Part shown: positions 61,668 through 64,000 of the stretch, piece by piece
Numbering within the stretch: the stretch's first letter is position 1
Layout of the letters: every line of letters begins with the position of its first letter
Origin: Chlorobiota bacterium
Lineage (GTDB): Bacteria; Bacteroidota; Ignavibacteria; OLB7
Length of the DNA: 64,000 bases
Direction of reading: 5' to 3'
Assembly: GCA_016788565.1 (NCBI GenBank)
Contig: JAEUSP010000101.1
Span: forward strand, 3,334 to 67,333
The notes under the pieces: generated by a model
Seen by the model: the letters and a program-made list of their open reading frames with translations, nothing else
What the model was told of the DNA's origin: nothing
Database searches by the model: none
Made by a program: the position numbers and the translations under genes

Positions 61668-62564
61668 TTATCCCATTTTTTTGCGTTTGTTCAGATACTC
61701 AGCCAACCCGACGTCGAACGGTGTGGCGGTGTCCATCAGCACGTAGTCAATGCCATGTTCGCGGCATTCTCGTTTCAGGTGGTCGGTGAAATCACTCATT
61801 GCCTGGGCGTAGGCTTTCCGGATTTGGTAGGGCTGCGTCACCATCTGCTCGCCGCTCTCCATATCGCGGAACGTAGCGTCGTTGCCGAAGTCAAACGTCC
61901 GTTCCAAAGGGTCCAGCAGCTGCATTGCCACAACCTCATTCCGTTTGTGGCGGAAGTGTTGCAATGCCGAGATGACCTGGGCCGGGTCGTCAAAAAAATC
62001 GCTGATGACCACCACCAAGCCACGCCTGCGAATCCGTTCGGCCATCACGTGAAGCGACCGCGCCGTGCCGGTTCCGCCAGCGGTGCGGGCGTTGGCAAGC
62101 GTGCGCAAAATCTCCTGAAGATAGCTTGTGCGCGAGCTTGCCGGAAGGTAGTTGCGTAGCTCGGTGTCGTACATCCCCAACCCCGCAGCATCGCGTTGGC
62201 GGATCATCAGCAGCGCGAGCGCGGCGGCAAGCGAAGTGGCATACTGAAACTTGGTTGGATTCCCCGCCGAGGCGTACCCCATCGAGGCGGAAGCATCCAC
62301 AATCACGTAGCCCTTCAGGTTTGTCTCTTCCTCGTACTGCTTGATGTAGTAGCGGTCGGTACGGCCATACACCTTCCAATCAATCGCCCGAATCTCATCC
62401 CCCGGCATGTACTGGCGATGCTCGGCAAACTCCACCGAAAAACCGTGGTACGGCGAGCGATGTAGCCCTGTGATGAACCCCTCCACCACCAACCGCGCAC
62501 GCAGTTCCAGCGACTCGATACGGGAAAGAGCATCAGGGGGAAGAAAGGAGCGAAGGTCGGACAT
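61668..62564 (-). CDS. DUF58 domain protein
   Basis: EFAEHRQYMPGDEIRAIDWK, DASASM, ISDF. Confidence 0.92.
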   Translation of the reverse strand: MSDLRSFLPPDALSRIESLELRARLVVEGFITGLHRSPYHGFSVEFAEHRQYMPGDEIRAIDWKVYGRTDRYYIKQYEEETNLKGYVIVDASASMGYASAGNPTKFQYATSLAAALALLMIRQRDAAGLGMYDTELRNYLPASSRTSYLQEILRTLANARTAGGTGTARSLHVMAERIRRRGLVVVISDFFDDPAQVISALQHFRHKRNEVVAMQLLDPLERTFDFGNDATFRDMESGEQMVTQPYQIRKAYAQAMSDFTDHLKRECREHGIDYVLMDTATPFDVGLAEYLNKRKKMG

Positions 62565-62628
62565 GGTTTGGCTTGTGGTTTTTTGGTGATTGGTATTGAG
62601 GTGCAGAAATCGGGACTGGGAAGGAGGA

Positions 62629-63039
62629 TTACTCCACGGAAATGTTCATTGCGTACCGGGATGACTTCGATTCCATCATCCCCATCGTCAGCCGGTACTC
62701 GCCACTGGCCGGAAGCTGGCCGCGCCAAGTTGTGGTGACCTCCATCCCGTCATCCATCAGCGAACCGTTGGGGCCGCTGATCGAAAACACAACATCGTTG
62801 TTTTGCGTGGAAGCATCAACGCTTGCGGTTAGTGTTTGGCCAGCCTTCGCATTCAGCACAAACACCACCTCCTGATTTTTTTTAATGACACCACGCAGCA
62901 CCGTGCTGGTTTTGCCACGCGCAAATTTCACTTGGCGAACAATCGTGCCGTTTCCGCCAGCAATGGCAATGGAGGTGAACGCGGTCAGTGCCGCAAGAAG
63001 CAATGCCGCGGCGTGCTGGGAATTTCTAGAACGAAGCAT
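62629..63039 (-). CDS. Secreted hypothetical protein (PPC-like beta domain)
   Basis: Signal peptide; VKFARG, AKAGQTL, LPASGEY. Confidence 0.65.
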   Translation of the reverse strand: MLRSRNSQHAAALLLAALTAFTSIAIAGGNGTIVRQVKFARGKTSTVLRGVIKKNQEVVFVLNAKAGQTLTASVDASTQNNDVVFSISGPNGSLMDDGMEVTTTWRGQLPASGEYRLTMGMMESKSSRYAMNISVE

Positions 63040-63774
63040 CGGCAGGACCCCTCCCGAAAGAGTGTTGATAGAGACGTGTGTTCCCCATTGCAGCAGCAGG
63101 CAAGGGGGAGCTGAACTTACAACGGGGGGACGGCTTAGGCAAGCATGGGGGGAAATTTTGGCTTAACTCAAGGTGTACTCCAAACAGAGTGGTTTGCGAA
63201 AAACTCAATCACTGTCATTCCCGCGAAAGCGGGAATCCATAGCGCACCTAGCTGAATAGAGTTTCGCAAACCAATTTGCGCCGAGTATAGCGTGCGAAAA
63301 ACGTTGCCACCGAACCGAGCCGCCGCCGCTGCCTGCCCTCACCCCCCGCCCTCTCCCAAATATGTGATGGTGCTGGTTGCCTCACTTTCGTCGGGTGGGA
63401 GAGGGGGCCAAAGCCGGGGAAGGAACCGAAGAAGAGTGGAAGTGAAGTGGCACGCAAGCTCCGCGCTGAAGCACGGAGTAATGCTGAAGAAAAGCCACCA
63501 CCGAATCCAGCCCTCCGCTCGTGCTGAGCCTGTCGAAGTATGAGCGGAGCCACCGCACCGAGAAGCATCGTCATCGCGAGGAGCGATAGCGACGTGGCGA
63601 TCCCGCGTGTGGCAGTGTGTCCGATGCCATCACAGGAACGCGCGGGATCGCTTCGTCGAAGACTCCTCGCGATGACAGGGTGATGACAGGGCGTGAGTTC
63701 CGAAAACTCCCCCTGCGCCCACCTCCATTTCGCCAGGTTCAGGGCGGCTACCGGGGCCAGGATGATCCCGCGAT

Positions 63775-64000
63775 TTAGTCCCCGTTAACCTGATCCCCGG
63801 CAACCATCACCGTCCCTGTGTTGCTGAATGCTCCGGCTTCAATTCGGTAGAAGATCAGTTGGGATGTGGCAGGCAGTTGAAGTGGAATGGATTGCTGTCC
63901 AGCTTGGCACTGCTTGGTGATGAAACTTGCCAACTCTTTCCCATCCGCAGTGAACAGCCGCACCGTTACCTGCGCCGCAGTTGGCAGGTGAAATTGCAGC
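63775..64000 (-). CDS. C-terminal end of a probable T9SS cargo protein (truncated by window)
   Basis: VRLFTADGKEL...YRIEAG sorting-domain-like C-terminus. Confidence 0.5.
   Translation of the reverse strand, partial: LQFHLPTAAQVTVRLFTADGKELASFITKQCQAGQQSIPLQLPATSQLIFYRIEAGAFSNTGTVMVAGDQVNGD

Larger units (their letters stand above)
36285..63676. repeat. Host REP-like palindromic repeat families (dispersed)
   Basis: Family A (ctccgctcatgctgagccccgtcgaagtatgagtggagccaccgaac) at ~36285, 43098, 43329, 44561, 47358 (rc), 57651, 63513; family B (gtcatcgcga...tcgcgatgac) at 36343-36473, 44619-44748, 63570-63676. Confidence 0.85.

Noticed and set aside
37529-63574. Many long antisense or overlapping ORFs in the host region
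   Set aside because: Shadow frames of GC-rich genes or translations of REP and microsatellite DNA.

Overview
Two parts. Positions 1 to ~35.6-36.1 kb are one arm of a prophage-like element: tape-measure C-terminus, a counter-oriented accessory cassette with a DEDDh exonuclease, tail/fibre genes, a holin, then early genes (DUF932, HTH regulators, T4 Rnl1-type RNA ligase, DUF488). Positions ~36.2-64 kb are host chromosome of an FCB-group (Bacteroidota/Chlorobi/Kapabacteria-like) bacterium: a T9SS-sorted double lyase-like protein, YfhO, xseA, wecB, FIST-PAS kinase-response regulator, M48 peptidase, SDRs, trxA, APC permease, sixA, LCP, DUF58, and many REP-like repeats and heptamer microsatellites. 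The standout locus is at 21.8-24.6 kb in the prophage. A 550-aa TnpB/Cas12f-like protein has His in place of both the RuvC-I Asp and the RuvC-II Glu (predicted nuclease-dead). It is followed by an omega-RNA-like structured region and an 11-repeat CRISPR array with type I-E geometry (28+33 nt). It is preceded by a second, cryptic 3-repeat I-E-like mini-array whose two spacers are hairpins and which is enclosed by a 19/20-bp inverted repeat. No cas1, cas2, cas6 or Cascade genes are in the window. All calls come from reading the sequence and ORF track; no database searches were run.
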